Counted from the first letter of the whole stretch, positions 22,996 to 37,195 are shown. The stretch: DNA of 62,792 bases, filler included, from Craspedostauros australis (GCA_030167865.1; 6 parts of 6 records of this genome joined end to end with filler, not necessarily neighbours in it), one strand, 5' to 3'. Notes: generated by a model from the sequence alone, not told the origin. Program-made: numbers and translations.

Positions 22996-25900
22996 TGCAA
23001 TTCAATTTAGATTACTCTATTCTGGTATTATGTGTGCTTTCTGGAGTATGTACACTGAGTCCAGTTTTGTATCGTATTGCTCTGTGCGAGTTTGTGTGGA
23101 GTGGGGGGAGAAGGGAATGATGGAGAGGCAATCTCGCTGCTGTTGCGGAAATGTGCCGTCAGGGTGTTGTCATCATCGTCGGCTCCACCTCCAACAACAA
23201 CATCATCAACACCATCATCAACATCATCATCAACATCATCATCATCACCATCATCGTTCTCCACCTCATCGGATCCAACAAGAAGCCGATCCATCCGCCC
23301 CCACAACATTTTCTGCGCTATTTGTTCGTGTCTGACGTCATTGGATCTTCACATGAGATCCGTTGAATCAACTGGAAACGATTTATTCGAATGGGTCGAC
23401 ACTTGGACTGTTTGCAGTCACGAACTGGAAACCAAACGACACCATCCATCTCGTCTTGCCGTCGCTCGTGGAAATGACTGCTTTTGGACAAGTGCGGTTC
23501 CATGCGCGCTACCAGGTATGTTGCGAAAGGTGAAATGGTTCCATTTCTCCACGTTCTCGCTCGCGGTTGAGATGAAAGGACCTTTGGATGTTTAAATCTC
23601 AACCATGACACAAGCAATGTCCGAGACGAACCTGGGTCGTGACTTTCTGACAACCAAATTTGGGTGGTTTCGGTGTCGCTGCTGCGCATGGTAGACAGGG
23701 GTGGATGGTGGAGCAGCTCGTGCATGCAATGCTGCACTATTATTCCGGAGCACGCAACCATACGTACGCGTACGACCTACTATGAGTCAAGAAGGTTTCG
23801 AACAGGGAGGAGGCAGATCCGTTGCCTCCCGCGTGGCTGCCGCCATCACGTGATGGTGGAAAACAGAAGTTGGCGAGAGGAGAGGAACAGCATTGTTCGA
23901 GTTGTAGTCGAGGGTATAGCTCATACGAAAAATCGATGGACAAGCATACTTACAGGCGCGAAGAGTAGTAGATCGGAAACCAATCAGCCATCCGACACGG
24001 GTTGAGTTTCAAACCATGGCACCATCAGTGGAGTCAGCACCAGAATCGCCATCAGCAACAAGAAAATTCTTATGTCGCACAATCGCCGTGCGGAGTGTTG
24101 CTGATCTCGCAGCAATCACACCACGCACGAGACGACAAACAACACAATGGTACTCTCTGTGCGTACCTTTGCTTCATTTTGGTGCGCATGCGATGCTGTT
24201 TCTTTGTAGAAACAAGAAGGCAAATTATGTCATGACATTTTATTCACACACTTACCAGCCTCCTTGTTCGTTTTGTTCGTGGATATCAATGTCGCCTCAC
24301 TCGATTTCTGTGGTCTGTTTCTGCGCCTTCATCCAGCCAGAACTTCATTGCGAGGAAGTTGCCACATTTCGGTTCTGTGTGCAGGCTCCGGCAGGTGCTG
24401 GCGCAGGCTACAACATCATGCTGTGCCACAAGCGTGCGCGGGTGCCGCATGAGCTGCGCTCGCGCAGCCACTTTGTTCGAGCAGGGAGAGAGATCTAAGG
24501 GCAGTAACACTCAGCTGGTTGGTTGCGAACTTGTCGTTGACAGGATGAGGCATGCCGCGCATCGCGCGACGTGATTTATTCACGCTTGTGCACCTACCAA
24601 TAGCTCGTATGACCAACGAGTATGACAAGTGTACATTGAGTCGAGGGGAGCTGCGAAGCTTCTCGGTTGAGTTGCACCAGCCAGGCATCAGCGATGATGC
24701 TTGTGCGAAGCCTGGAACACAGCACAGGACAAAGAGAGACATACATCGTTCTGTGGTATCAAAGATCCGGTTGGAGGAGAGAAGCAGATCAGTGTTGTGG
24801 TGCCACCATACTGGTACTCTAAGGTACACGCATCGACCTCGTACCACAGACCGAGAAAGTGGTGTTTGTTGTTGAGAAGGGAAAAAACGAACTCTAATCA
24901 TGCCCACATGGAATCGTATGCCATGGCACGACAAAGTAACCAAGCAAGAAGCGCATCGCGAGAATGCTCTCTTAAATAGACCATTCAGAAGCGATTCGGC
25001 ACCCAGCGTCAACAGAGGCCCGCATAGTACAGGAGAGTACTCTGCTGCGGAGCACAAAACCCTCCGACACGCATCGAGTTAGGTTTCTCTGCTGTGCAAC
25101 ATCGCACAAACAAGTGTCACCACCAATCCAACACAAAATAACCGCGCACACAAGTCAGGTGCGAAGTCGCGCAGAGCAGATCGTGGAATAGGGTCGGAGG
25201 TCGTAGTAGTATCCATCACGCAGGGAAGACAAACGATGTCACATCATCTCTGTGCACATTCGAGAGGCTTCGCCGACGGATACCATGAAGAGAGAGAGAC
25301 AGACGGGAGCCGCGTAACGTACGACCTATGGTGCAGAGTCCATCATCAAGGTGTTGGAAGACCAACACAACGAAACCCCGTCGCCACACACATAGACAAG
25401 TTTTCAATCACATGCCAAACACAAATTCTTCACGGATGGTGCAAACGAACAGGCATGGCGCAGCCGCTCTATCGTCAGGGACATTTCCTGGAGGATCTCG
25501 CGAGCAGACCGATCTCAATCTGGCATTGCTTCACCTGTCAATGCCACTTGGCTGAGCATGTTTTCACATCCATGCATCGTGCATCATGCCTAGTGCATAT
25601 CGGTCTGCTCCTCTTGCCTGTCTCTTCTATGTGCATTGTTTTGGTATGATGGAGTAGTCGTCGAGAGCACCCTCCACCGACGGAGCGCAAAGAAGGATGC
25701 AGGCCACATAGTCGTAGTCATCCTCTCTCACTGGAGAGACGCACCAATAGCAATGACTGACTTGTGAACAGTTGGTACCTCTCCTGCACGAGCGACTGTT
25801 ACGCCTGCACTCGTGTGTTTTCTCCTTCGCAATCCATCAGACAAACTGTTCGATCTCGATACCACGACGCCACCACACCCACCCACATATGTTAGAAATG

Positions 25901-26346
25901 AATAGTCCTTCTTTGTAACAATACGAGCTGCTGTCTGTCTCTGTCTATCTCCCCAGAGAGCCAGAGAAAGTACCATCTGATATACTCGTACGACCTCGTC
26001 GTGGGTATGTGCCACCGTCTCGGCCTGGAGCTGAAAACAACACCCACACCAGCCACAACAGAAGAATGGGGATGGTACACGAACAGAAAACAACCGAATC
26101 GAAACGGCGGACTCAGTACCCCAGCCCGTGCTGCGCCTCGCACAAGGTGGCTCTTCACTGCATAGGCGAGTACAGGTGAAAAGCAGTGAGGCTAAAAGGC
26201 TCCGCACGTTTGTGACACACAAAGCCCTGCGAACATCTCTCCACAACGAATGAACGAGTAGTAGGGCGCCCACGTACGAATGCCGCATGAACTGTACCAC
26301 CAACACACATAACACACTCGCACACTGCGCACTGCGCACTGCACGC

Positions 26347-26391
26347 GCACACCATACTAGCACACCATACTAGCACACCATACTAGCACAC
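26347..26391. repeat. 13-bp tandem repeat (gcacaccatacta) x about 3.5, upstream of the HA-domain gene
   Basis: Read directly from the sequence. Confidence 0.85.
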
Positions 26392-26604
26392 TATCCTCGC
26401 ACAACGACATAAGCGACAACAACGAGAAAACGTGCCAAGACCGACCTGTGCCACATGTCAAGGGCGCCCATAGCGCATACTTTTTCTGGTTGCGACTTGC
26501 AAACCTTGAACCGCGTACGCACAAACTCCAAAACACAAAACAAACAACACCCTTGTGCGAGACATACCCACTCCGCACTCCACCATCATCCATCATCCAT
26601 TCCC

Positions 26605-26660
26605 ATGCAGCCACGAGAGAACATTCACACCGACAGCGACAGCGGCAGCGTCGACGATAA

Positions 26661-26699
<39 letters not shown>

Positions 26700-29079
26700 G
26701 AGATCGCTGAGTCAACACGGCCCCAACATGGCACAGCTCCAAGCAGCGCAAAAGATGGAGATGGCAGAGCTCGAGACACGCCTCGCCTTCCAACGGAAGA
26801 AGCGAGAGCTGCTGCTCAAGGAGCTTTCGTCATCGTCCGATGCTCTCGCCGTTGCGGCTGCGCACGTCGACGCGAGGAAGAGGAGCACATCATCCGCAGG
26901 TGGACCAGCACCTGCTCAGGCTGCCGCAATCGCGGCCGCTTCTGCTCCTGCTGCAGCCCAAGTTATGCCAACGGCGCAGTCACTGCGATCGCTGCAATCG
27001 CTTCAGGCTTCGCGTGGCGGCATCAACCAACCACACATGATTGTTATCCAACCATCAGGAGGCATTATCTTGGTTCCACCCACGGCGCAACACCGGCAGC
27101 ACCAACTGCACCAATTGCACCAATCCTACGGGCAACTTGCAGCACAGCCAGGTTCCATTGGCATGTTGAGATCACCAAGATTGCCACCCGGGTGCTCACC
27201 AGTACCGCCACCCAACATGATGGGTTTCGACGACCAGGCACGAATGCAGTCTCTGAACCTTGCGAATGCGCACAGGCATGCACAGACACGTGTTAACTCA
27301 GCCCCCGTGTCGCTCGCGGCGGCGCCTGGCGTCAACTTGGGCTTGCGCGCTGGACGACTGCCGGATGCCATTCTGCACCAGGGAACCTTGCTTGCTTCTC
27401 CATATGCGACGGCGCAATCGCCGATGATGGCGCCAGCCCCATCGCCTGCTATCCTGCAGCACCGTCAGCCTGCGGCTTCGAGCCTCGAGGAACTGCAGCA
27501 GTCAGCGGAAGCAAGATCCATCTCGCAGGTCTCCGCCATGGATGGCGCGAATGGTGGGATGCTCTGCGTCGACTCATCCAACACCCTTCCTCTCCATCTC
27601 CAGCCTCAGGTTGGCATGGCGCATACTGCGATGGAGCCTCGGCGTATCGCCGGAGAAAGGTTTGAAGGCCTGGCTGGTCCTGCCTTTCCCGATGCGCCTC
27701 TCGCAGGGGCACGAGTGGCACACGCACTAAGAGCAGAATCCACCGACCATGGCCCCATGCCGTCATACCACAACTGCCGACGACCCGCCAGAAGTGCCCC
27801 GGATCAGTTTAGCGACGCGTCCGACGATTCCTGTGGCGAAGATGAGAGAAACTGCATGAGTGACACTCAGAGCATGCCAAAGAGTATCGCAGCGAAACTC
27901 CATGATAAAAACCGTGCCTCGTCTCAGAAGGATTTCATCATGTCACCCGAAAAGGTGACAAGCCAGACTTGGGCAATGATGGAAACTGTGAACGAAGACT
28001 GCGTCGACATGAGAACCAACAGCAGTGCCAAGAGGAAGAGGAAGAACCGTGTCACCAGCAGCAGCAACAACAACAACAAGACTAGAACCGCCGCGACTAA
28101 CAGCACGAAGAACACCAAGAGGAGACGGATGACGCTGCCGTTGAAGTCGAAGAACAAGAACCGCGATGGCGCCAACAGCAACAGCAGCAGCAGATCCAAA
28201 CGCGACTCCTCGGAGTCAACGGTCATGTCATCATCTCCAGTATCTCCGCCCCATTCGCCATCCGCCGACAAGCAGACCACCAGGATCAGGATGCAGCAGG
28301 AGAGCGTCAGATCCTGGGAGTACAGGTTGGAGGAGCTGCTCCAATACAAGAAAACCCACGGCGATTGCAACGTTTCGCAGCGCGATAGCAATCGCGGTCT
28401 GGCCGGTTGGGTCAAGACGCAACGATATCAGTACAAGCAGTACACCGCCAACAATTCGACGCCCATGACTGCACACAGAGTGAAGACTCTCAATGCCATG
28501 GGCTTCGACTGGAACCCCCGTCCGGGACGCGAGGAGAAACTCTGGATGGACAGATACGAGGACCTCGTGCAGTTCAAGAAAGCCAACGGACATTGCATGG
28601 TGCCGCAGAAGAGCGAGACGCAACGCCAGCTGGGCCTGTGGGTTACCAACCAGCGCAGACAGTATCGCAGGCTGCAGGAAGCGCGCAAGTCTCATATGAC
28701 GCAGCCCCGAATCGGCTTGTTGGACAAGATCGGTTTTGAATGGGAGCCCAACGGCTGCCAGGCACGTTCCCGTATCCGAAAGGACAACTTGGCAAAGCAA
28801 TCAGCCACCTCGAGCGCCAAGACCAGCACCTGCGCGAGCAGCCCGTCTGTGGGCGGCGCCACAACGACCAAGGCCAACAAAACGAAGTCCCACGACGTCA
28901 TGGCTGTCAGCGAACATGGAGACATCGGCACAGAAACCGTGGCCGAAGCGCCCACAATGTCGCCGGCACGAAAGCACAAGTACAAGCAAACGCAATCAAG
29001 TCTTGCGTTGTTCGCCTCATCTTTGTCCTCGTCTGATGCTTCCATCATCTCTGCGGAAAGCACACCAGATTCATCTTAA
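26605..29079 (+). CDS. Helicase-associated (HA) domain protein with two HA repeats, putative transcription regulator; start uncertain (26605 or 26728)
   Basis: WEYRLEELLQYKKTHGDCNV...LAGWVKTQR..Y...RVKTLNAMGFDW and WMDRYEDLVQFKKANGHCMVP...LGLWVTNQRRQY...RIGLLDKIGFEW. Long Q/P/A-rich N-terminus and basic NLS-like stretches. No helicase motifs. Confidence 0.9.
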
Positions 29080-31647
29080 GCCATGCTCGTGGAGCATAAT
29101 ACAATAGGTCGTAGAGTAGAAACAGACGATCACTTTACTATGCTCCCATGTATAGTAGCTCGTACTGCACGTTATTCGCAAGCGTTGATGTGCCGATGTA
29201 ATAGAATAGTTCCCAGTATGATTGCATCCTCACACACAAGTGCCACGCTTTGCTATTCTTTTCGCGTCATGCTATTCGTAATCGCGCCCTTGTGTGAGAT
29301 GATGTGACAGAACTGAATCGGATCGGTCAAAATGCCAGATGTAAGATAGAGCGGTGGCCACAAAAGACCCAAATCTTTTGTGCGGTCACTGCGGACGCGT
29401 AACGAGAGTTTTCACCCAGGCATTGCGCCACGGTTTCTCTCATACTTTTACGACACCCTTCTCGTGTCACACACACTCTTCCCTTTTCTCAACGCATCTT
29501 GTCTCATCGCCCAGCTGTGTTCGCACGCAAGTACATTTGCACCACCGGATTGCTTGAGAACCGAAACATGGGCGAACTTTCACATGTTGACTCCTCGTAT
29601 TGGCGTAGTTTCTGGGATCGGTGACCTCCGTGCTGCACCAGTAGCACCCTCTCGCCACATGGAGATGGAGGTATAGGTACTGTGAATGTGTGAATGCGTG
29701 AATGTGCCAGTTGCAACGTCGCCAAAACAGCACCGTCACAAGTTAGTTGCCCTTGGAAAATCTCTTTGTTGGCAGGGAGTGCACGTCGCCATACTGCCCC
29801 AAACATCGGAAGCAGACGCGACATGATGACATTGATGGGATTGCTCGGTTGCTATGTCGCGAAGACGGTCACCACCACTTCGACCGCACCGCGCCATGGA
29901 CGCCGAATCGAAAACAGAAATGGAAACGAGGCGGTGGCTGATCGAGGCCAACCAAAACAACGCTGGTTGCGTTTCATACCTTTTAGGAGGTGAGTTATGC
30001 GAGAGGCATGTGTATTCGTAGCATAGCACGAGCGAGGGTCACAGTGCGATGGAGGGTACACGTCTTGGTTGGGATGGGTAGCTTGTAGGATGGTGGGTCC
30101 GGAGAAGTCGAGCGACATACGAGAACTTGTATAGTCTCACTCAAAAGCTGCGGTAAACTCACGTTTATTGATAATCAAAGCCACAATGTCCGATGAGACA
30201 TCAACGACATGCGCGAGCGAGAAAAAGAGAGATTCACACATGTGGTCAAGATCGGACGCGCTCACATTTTGAGCAGCTCATTCCACAACGGTGGCGACTT
30301 TGAACATCCTTGAAACAACCGCCAACCCTGCTGCCACAACGGCCGTCTATGCTGGAGAATTGTTCATGCGATGTGGAATGTTCTCGCTTCGCCGACTTTC
30401 TGGCCAACCGCTCATGCTGATCGATCTTGCCGTGTTCGCTGCCGTGTTCGCAGCCACGTAGAATATGGAAAGCAGTGGCAATGGCTGACTCGTACGTTGG
30501 AGCAGCACTTCGGGTTGATGGAATGCAGACCACGTGCAACCCCCGTTTGGACGATTGAGCGATGGCACGTTCTCTTCGGTTCTCGTTGCTATATTGCGAA
30601 AGCCCTTGTTTGGACCACCGCTCTTCTCGTTTGGCCTCATCGTCATGGCCAAAGATCACCGCGAACGATGTCGCTTCCGAACGGCGGGAAACGTAGCATA
30701 ATCGGGTCGATGGCAATCCCAGCGTCAAAACATCGCTATCTCTGTCGATCCCCTTGCGACCTATCAATCCACTGATCCATGGGAATGCGCCAAAGTCCAA
30801 GATCTGCTGCCGTCGACGTTGGGAGAATCTTGTACTTCTCGTCGTTGCCACGAACCTCAACCACCACCACGACCACCACCACGACCACGAACATGTTTGT
30901 GGTCGCGGGTTTCGTATTCGGAGTTTGTTGTTGTTACCGTTGTTCGTTTTGCTTTTCTTGTTCGATTGAGAACGGGAATGGATTGGATCGTGTCCGACAG
31001 GAGGGAATCAGTTCCGTTGAGTCTTGGGAAAAGGGAAAACGTTCGTGATGTTCGACCACTTTGATCACATCCATCGCCTTCAACTGAAGAGGAGACGAAC
31101 ACATGCTCGCGGTGCCGGAAGGAACAGACCTTTGTTGTTCTGCAAGCATCGGCAACACCGTGATCATAAGCCCACACTTGTGTCAACTACGAACATACGC
31201 AAACCTTCAGAGCGCCATAAAGTTAATTGATGAGAGGTCGGTTTCAACCCCACGCGATGCGTCACAGCGTCACTGATGTCAAGGCCAAGTGCGTACACAC
31301 GACTGATCAAAATGCTCACAACCATCAAAATTCGGGCACAACGAACAAGAAGAACATCGGAAAGAGAATAGCGCGCGGCAGTTGTTGATGGATGGCTGTA
31401 GGATGGACACACAGATGATGATGTTGCGTTCGCCATCGCCTCCCCAACTGCGGGTATTTTGTCGTATCGCGTTCATGGAGTGGAGCAGATGCTCCTGGGG
31501 TGCTCCATCCTGTTCTGATGTGATTGTTCGCTCGTGCGAGCGCGTTGCTACTACTTACTACCACTACTGCTACTGATACGACTACTACGACTTGTGAGGC
31601 GACGCTGTTCCATCACTGTTGCCAACGAGCTTGCGGAGCATTGATGT

Positions 31648-32062
31648 TAGTTAGGATTCGTGCGTAGGCGTCGCGAATCGGTGGAGAATGCCTCGTGAAT
31701 CTGCCGGCTTCGGGATAGCCGTGTGATGCAGTTCAAGAGAGGTGTGCTGTTTGAATAGTTATAACTTGTAACGATGAGAAGTAGAGTGCTTTGTAGCTAA
31801 TCCTAGTCCGTTATTATGAGTTAGCTTATTGGTGTTAGTAGGGTGAAGAAACGATGCCACACAACTTGGCGAGACCCTGCACTGATGCACTTGATTCAGT
31901 GCAACAGAGTAGACAGTCAATACAGTACCTTGCTCTCCGCACATGTAGTTACACTGCAGTGTAGGTCATGACAATCAGTGGTGACGGTCATGAAGCAGTG
32001 GCTGTGGCTGAAGCTGACACTCGGATTCCATTGCTTGAGTTGAAGCAAGTTGGATACGCATG
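31648..32062. repeat. Dispersed repeat, copy 2 (inverted copy of 9428-9920), cut by the contig end
   Basis: Reverse-complement match to 9428-9920 with scattered substitutions and indels. Confidence 0.85.
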
Positions 32063-32162
32063 NNNNNNNNNNNNNNNNNNNNNNNNNNNNNNNNNNNNNN
32101 NNNNNNTTAATTAATTAANNNNNNNNNNNNNNNNNNNNNNNNNNNNNNNNNNNNNNNNNNNN

Positions 32163-32698
32163 CTACATGTACTTCAATACTTCATAAATGATTTCCTTCA
32201 AAGACTTGGGACGATTTCTTCGACAAGGGTTGAATTGGACGACTGAAATCGAACACATGTGAACAAGGACATTCGCCACAGTACAACACGGCGATGCACG
32301 AGACTGAGGATGTCAACCCCATTCTCCATTGTTGCCTCGCTCTTTCAGAAGCTATTGTACTCGATTACCCCCTGTCCATTGGAAGTACCGCCTTCACCAT
32401 CATAATCCTGTGCGCAGTGAAACGAGAATGAGGAGGGAAGAGCAGTTGGGGCAGCTGCACATGTTGACACCGCGAGTTGACCGTGTTGTGAGCACCCAAT
32501 AATTTTCCGTCTGCCCGTCTGTGCGGAAATCGGCATCAAGTTTTGCCTCCGACCAACGAAAAACAGATTCTCGAACTCGTGAACAAACCAAAAAGTCATG
32601 AGATAGTCCCAAACACAGAAAAAACAACACGACAGATCGCGGGCTCCATTAGAGGTAGCCTGCTCAACTTCATCACCTCATAACTATAAAGATAAGGC
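32163..32698. repeat. 536-bp segment that is the reverse complement of 54023-54558 (contig overlap or young repeat)
   Basis: Both ends match exactly, and the ORF-track translations are identical (32345..32599- = 54122..54376+; 32400..32630- = 54091..54321+). Confidence 0.92.
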
Positions 32699-35181
32699 AT
32701 CTCTGAAGCTACAATCTCGGATTATTAATCTAAGTATGTTAAAGTGTATGTGAGCCAAGTTTCATCTAAATCGAGGGACCAAAATCAAAGAATCCTGCCT
32801 GGACCGCACCGCTATTGACTCACACGGGTCATAAGTGATGTTATCTTGTATGGAGCACTTCACACCGCTCTACATGACTTCACTATTGCTATGTCTGACT
32901 TCATGACCACCACCATCTCATCTTCGTTGATCACGTTTGTTCTACTGTTGCTTGTTGCTTGTTCAGGATGGTGAGTGTTGCGTGAAGTGGATCGTCGGTT
33001 GGATGATGCCGACGACAATATCTTGCAGCGCGGGGGCGGCGCACCCATGGATCTCTTCGCTGAAGGCTCATATTCCGTGCCGTCGTTCTACCATGCAACG
33101 CTCGGCTTCTCGCCTGGAGCGCACAAACTAAGAGCAAGAGGAGCTGTCGCTGTTGCGTGTGCCACTGCTACTGGAGGTACTCGGCGTGCGTCCGAAGTTT
33201 CGGTTCGACATCGCACGCTGATGCAGCGGTGGATGTGATTTCGGTGCGTCCAAGGGCCCGAAATCGTTCCTGGAGGCCGAACGCGATCTAACAGATGTCG
33301 AACGTGAGGTAAATCTCGAACGATGTGTAGCGGTATTGATCTTGCAGCGACGGACGCGGCTGGATGAGTCGAGTTCTGTGACGATTGTGGCAGCGAAAGC
33401 CAATCGCTTTCGTTCCACTCGTTCGGTAGATCGATGTGGGCTCGCTGGCCGCTTGTCGACGAGCTGCTCATGGTGCAGAAGATGCTGATGTTCAAAGAGG
33501 TTGGAGATTTCTGGTTGTCCGACACATTTTGCATTCACAGCTTACATGGTAGTATCGTACGTAGTCGTAGTTATCTCGCTCATCCCTCAAGGGGATTGTT
33601 TCAAGCATGTCCAGCGATGACTGATTGACATGAATACTCACCATTGCAGGCTAATTCATTCATGTTGGCGGCATTGTTGCAGTGAGCTATTGTAGTTGTA
33701 AACAACGGCATGCTCCGTTTGGAGCTGCTCGAGGGTGACTTCATGACTCCCATGAGGATAGTGAAGACGGATTCGACCAAGGAAGAGAGGGGGTGCCTCC
33801 GGAGGCTGTGGTGCCATCAGGACCGACGAGGGTGATCATTCCGTGAAGCACCAGAGTCCACGGAGCTGACGCTTGTCTCTCTCTCTTGCATCGTTCTTGG
33901 CTGATCATGCTGCTGCTGTTGATGTTGCTCTTGTTTGTACTGTGGTTGCTGTGCATGATAATCATTGATTTGCTGAGTTGCTTGCATCTGAGTTGTTGGT
34001 GATGCTGACGCAGATGCTGATTTGTGAGATGAGGACTGGCAGGAACGAAGAGACTTGAGGATCTCACACGATGAGGACGCCACAAGATGGATGGGATTCA
34101 TCGCCAATGCTGAGAGTAGCATCCATATACATGTGAACACCCTGGTGCAATCGTTTGGATGTTGCGCAGGCGTTTGCCACGAGAAATCGACCTTGTTCGG
34201 CATCTTCAGGGACGTCGCAGGTTCTCAACTACAAAAGCACCTTCTGTTGTGGAGGGACCGTTCGTGTTGTGGTTGGAAGCATCCGTGGATGTTGGTGCTC
34301 TCGCCTATCGATGGCTCATGGGACAACCACCATGGCAATATGAGTGATCGAATGCTGGAGTATCGGCATATGGAAATGGGATCATCCTATCCCTCCATCA
34401 TCAGGAGCGCCGATGACTCGCTGGTCAAACTTGTTGGGAACACGATCGTTCAATCCACCGCCGTCATGCATACTTGTAGTAGTACAACGCATCGCGCATT
34501 TCCCATGTGCAGTTCTCAGGCAACCATGTTGCCGATTGGACTCCTTGGGGGGATATGCGTACATCGTGACGTGCGATGGTTGCAATTGAGATTGTGATCA
34601 TCTTGGTGTTCTCCCCATCGCATCATCGCTGTTGGCGTCATCATCACTTTCGTGGTTGTTTCGAGTTGACGATCAGAGATCTCATTTGAACGCCTTTCTG
34701 ATGTGCCCTTCTCGTGAAAGAAGCTAATAAAGTACTTCATTGACACACAGAATTCGTGGAATTGGGAACATCTCTGCACGTGCAACAGCGGTGAAGCGAG
34801 AATCCACGATTCCCATTTGTGGTGTTCTCGTGTTCGCAACAGCGATCTTGTGGGGCGTGTCGTGTTCTGTTCCTTCTTCTCGTTGTTGTGTGCGCCAGTT
34901 CGTAGTCAGCAAAAGGAAGGGTCCGCACTCTCCGGACAGCGCTGGTGCCATCTACCAAACCAGGGTGCGATCAAGAAGTGGACAAACAGAGAAACGAGGA
35001 GAGAAACGGGAGAACATTGAAACGAGGCAACCGCACACACCGCTCAACCCCATACTCCAACACATCAACACCAGACATGTCCTGGGTAGCTCGAACAGCA
35101 CACTTCCTCGACAGTCAATCCAACCCCAATCGTTCAACGTCCAACGTCAATCGTCCACCAACCATCGACCATCCTCTCAAA

Positions 35182-36547
35182 ATGCCGAATGTTACGTACG
35201 GAGAACTCCTTTGGGCTTCCTTCAGAGGTGACTTGTGGGTGTTGAAGGAATGGAAGACGCAGAATGAAGGCAGTGATGTCAACAAGGTTACGGACAGGAT
35301 TGGTTCCACTCCCCTTCATTATGCATGCGTAAACGGCCAGCTGGAGTGTGTGAAGTACCTCATTGAATCATGTGAGGCGAACATCAACTGCAAAACCAAC
35401 CAAGGTGAAACTCCCCTTCATCATGCATGCTACAACGGCAAGCTGGAGTGTGTCAAGTACCTCATCGAATCATGTGAGGCGGACATCAACTGCAAAGACA
35501 ACGATGGTGACACTCCCCTTCATCTGGCATGCTCCAAGGGCCACCTGGAGTGTATGGAGTCCCTCATTAGAGGACTTTCACCTTCAGTTCACTCACAACT
35601 GCAACAACTGCAGCAACACTTACAACAAAACGAACAAGCAAATGAACAACAACAAGAACAGTTGGGACACCAGTTGAAGCGAAAGAGGCAAAAAGAATGA
35701 ACACAAACACAGTAGCCACAAGAGGACCAACATCAGCATTGGAGAAGATCGGCTCAGATCCTTCCAAACTGAGGACAGGACAGACACCATCTTCTTGTGT
35801 GGACAAGGCAACGAACAGCAACTAACCAAGGCAAGCCCTGAAGTTCTCATCATCACACTCCCATCCATTGAGACACTGATCGACAAAGGAACCCAACTTC
35901 ACCGCGCGAATGATAACGCTCACGATGGAACTGAACCCATCGAAACAACCGTCTCTCTCCCCATCCTTCAACCAAAACACATCCGATACGTCCTCCAATG
36001 CATCTCCACAGGCAAGATATCCTGTACTAACAACTGTCGTGACAACGCTGCTGCTCACACCAGCGCTCACCAGGATATAGATGCCTCTCACCAGCCAACT
36101 CCCATCCTCACTGGACAGGACGATCTGCACCAGCTGATCCTTGTGGCCAACGAATTCGGCTTCTGGCTACTCAAGCTTGTTCTGGAAATGGAGTTGGCCC
36201 GCAAGCATCTCACAGAGGACACCATGATAGATGTGTTGATATTCGCCCATCAACACAACTGCGTGGTGTTGAAGGATATGGCGGTGAGAATGGCAGCTGA
36301 AAGTGAGAAGGATACGTTCACTCATCTAGATTTGAGCAAACTAAGTCTACAACCTCAACTGATGGGAGGCATTCATGTTCTCTGCAATGGGGAAGCGGAG
36401 AGTGATGGTATTGATGATGAGTACAGCCGTATGTCCATGGTGGACCTGTACAAGGTTGTCGATGAGGATGAGGGTACAGCACAAGTGGATTCATACATGG
36501 ATTGGGAGACACTGGTGGACTTCGTCCGCTCCATGAGTACCAATTGA
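35182..36547 (+). pseudogene. Ankyrin-repeat + BTB/POZ-like gene, copy 1 (3 ankyrin repeats); +1 frameshift in the A-run at 35690-35694
   Basis: Three TPLHxAC..G.LEC..YLI repeats (35182-35700). Removing one A gives ...KRQKNEHKH...FQTEDRTDTIFLCGQG..., continuous with ORF 35795-36547 (BTB-like VLQCISTG, LILVANEFGFWLLKLVLE, VLIFAHQHNCVVLKDMAV). The frameshift could also be a sequencing error. Confidence 0.8.
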
Positions 36548-37195
36548 TCCAAAATGATTGAGAAGGACGGCGCTGCCACTGATGACTTGAATCCAGACTG
36601 CACCTCAGGCCATGACATGTCTTGCCATTGCTGTCGGCTGTTGTTGGCGCTGCGATTGCCCATGTCCCAAGCTCTCCTCTACTCCAGAACAGTCGGTTTG
36701 ATACCTTCCTTTCTGATGTCGCTGAGCGATGCGACAAGTTTGAGATTGCTGTTCGTCCCCGCTTGCCATTCATCATTAGCATCATCATCGGCATCAGCAT
36801 CATCTCCATCGTCTCTTGCTATGGTCGCCTTCGTCAATCATAGAATCGGAAGCCACGGTAAACACCTTATGTTTGTACTTAATGTGGAGATGAACAAGCA
36901 AACAAACAGTCAACATTCAACATTCCGGAATACTGTCTGTTTTGCAAACAGTCAGAATCAAATCAAGCCAAACAGCCACCCTTCGAATCAAATCACGAAA
37001 GAACGTGACTCAAGCAGATCAGGAACACAACACGACTCCAAACACGCAAACTCATCTCCACGATGGTTGTTTGGTGTCACAATCAACAACACAGTATCAA
37101 CATCACAGATCGTACGACTATTGTACGCAACAGTCAGACGATACGAGCATCTTCTCTTACTTCGTACACTCTCGCAGCCAACAACTATTGCAACC

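Noticed and set aside
29400..31440. Possible decayed minus-strand gene downstream of the dispersed repeat
   Set aside because: Only short broken ORFs with no identifiable family motif; cannot be supported.
32860..34400. Q-rich minus-strand fragments with a GTGAGT donor-like site near 33640
   Set aside because: No consistent spliced reading frame or domain could be reconstructed.
35300..35560. Regularly spaced conserved blocks with variable intervals resembling a CRISPR array or DGR
   Set aside because: They are in-frame 102-bp ankyrin coding repeats in a eukaryotic gene. No cas genes, no reverse transcriptase, and no adenine-specific template/variable pair.
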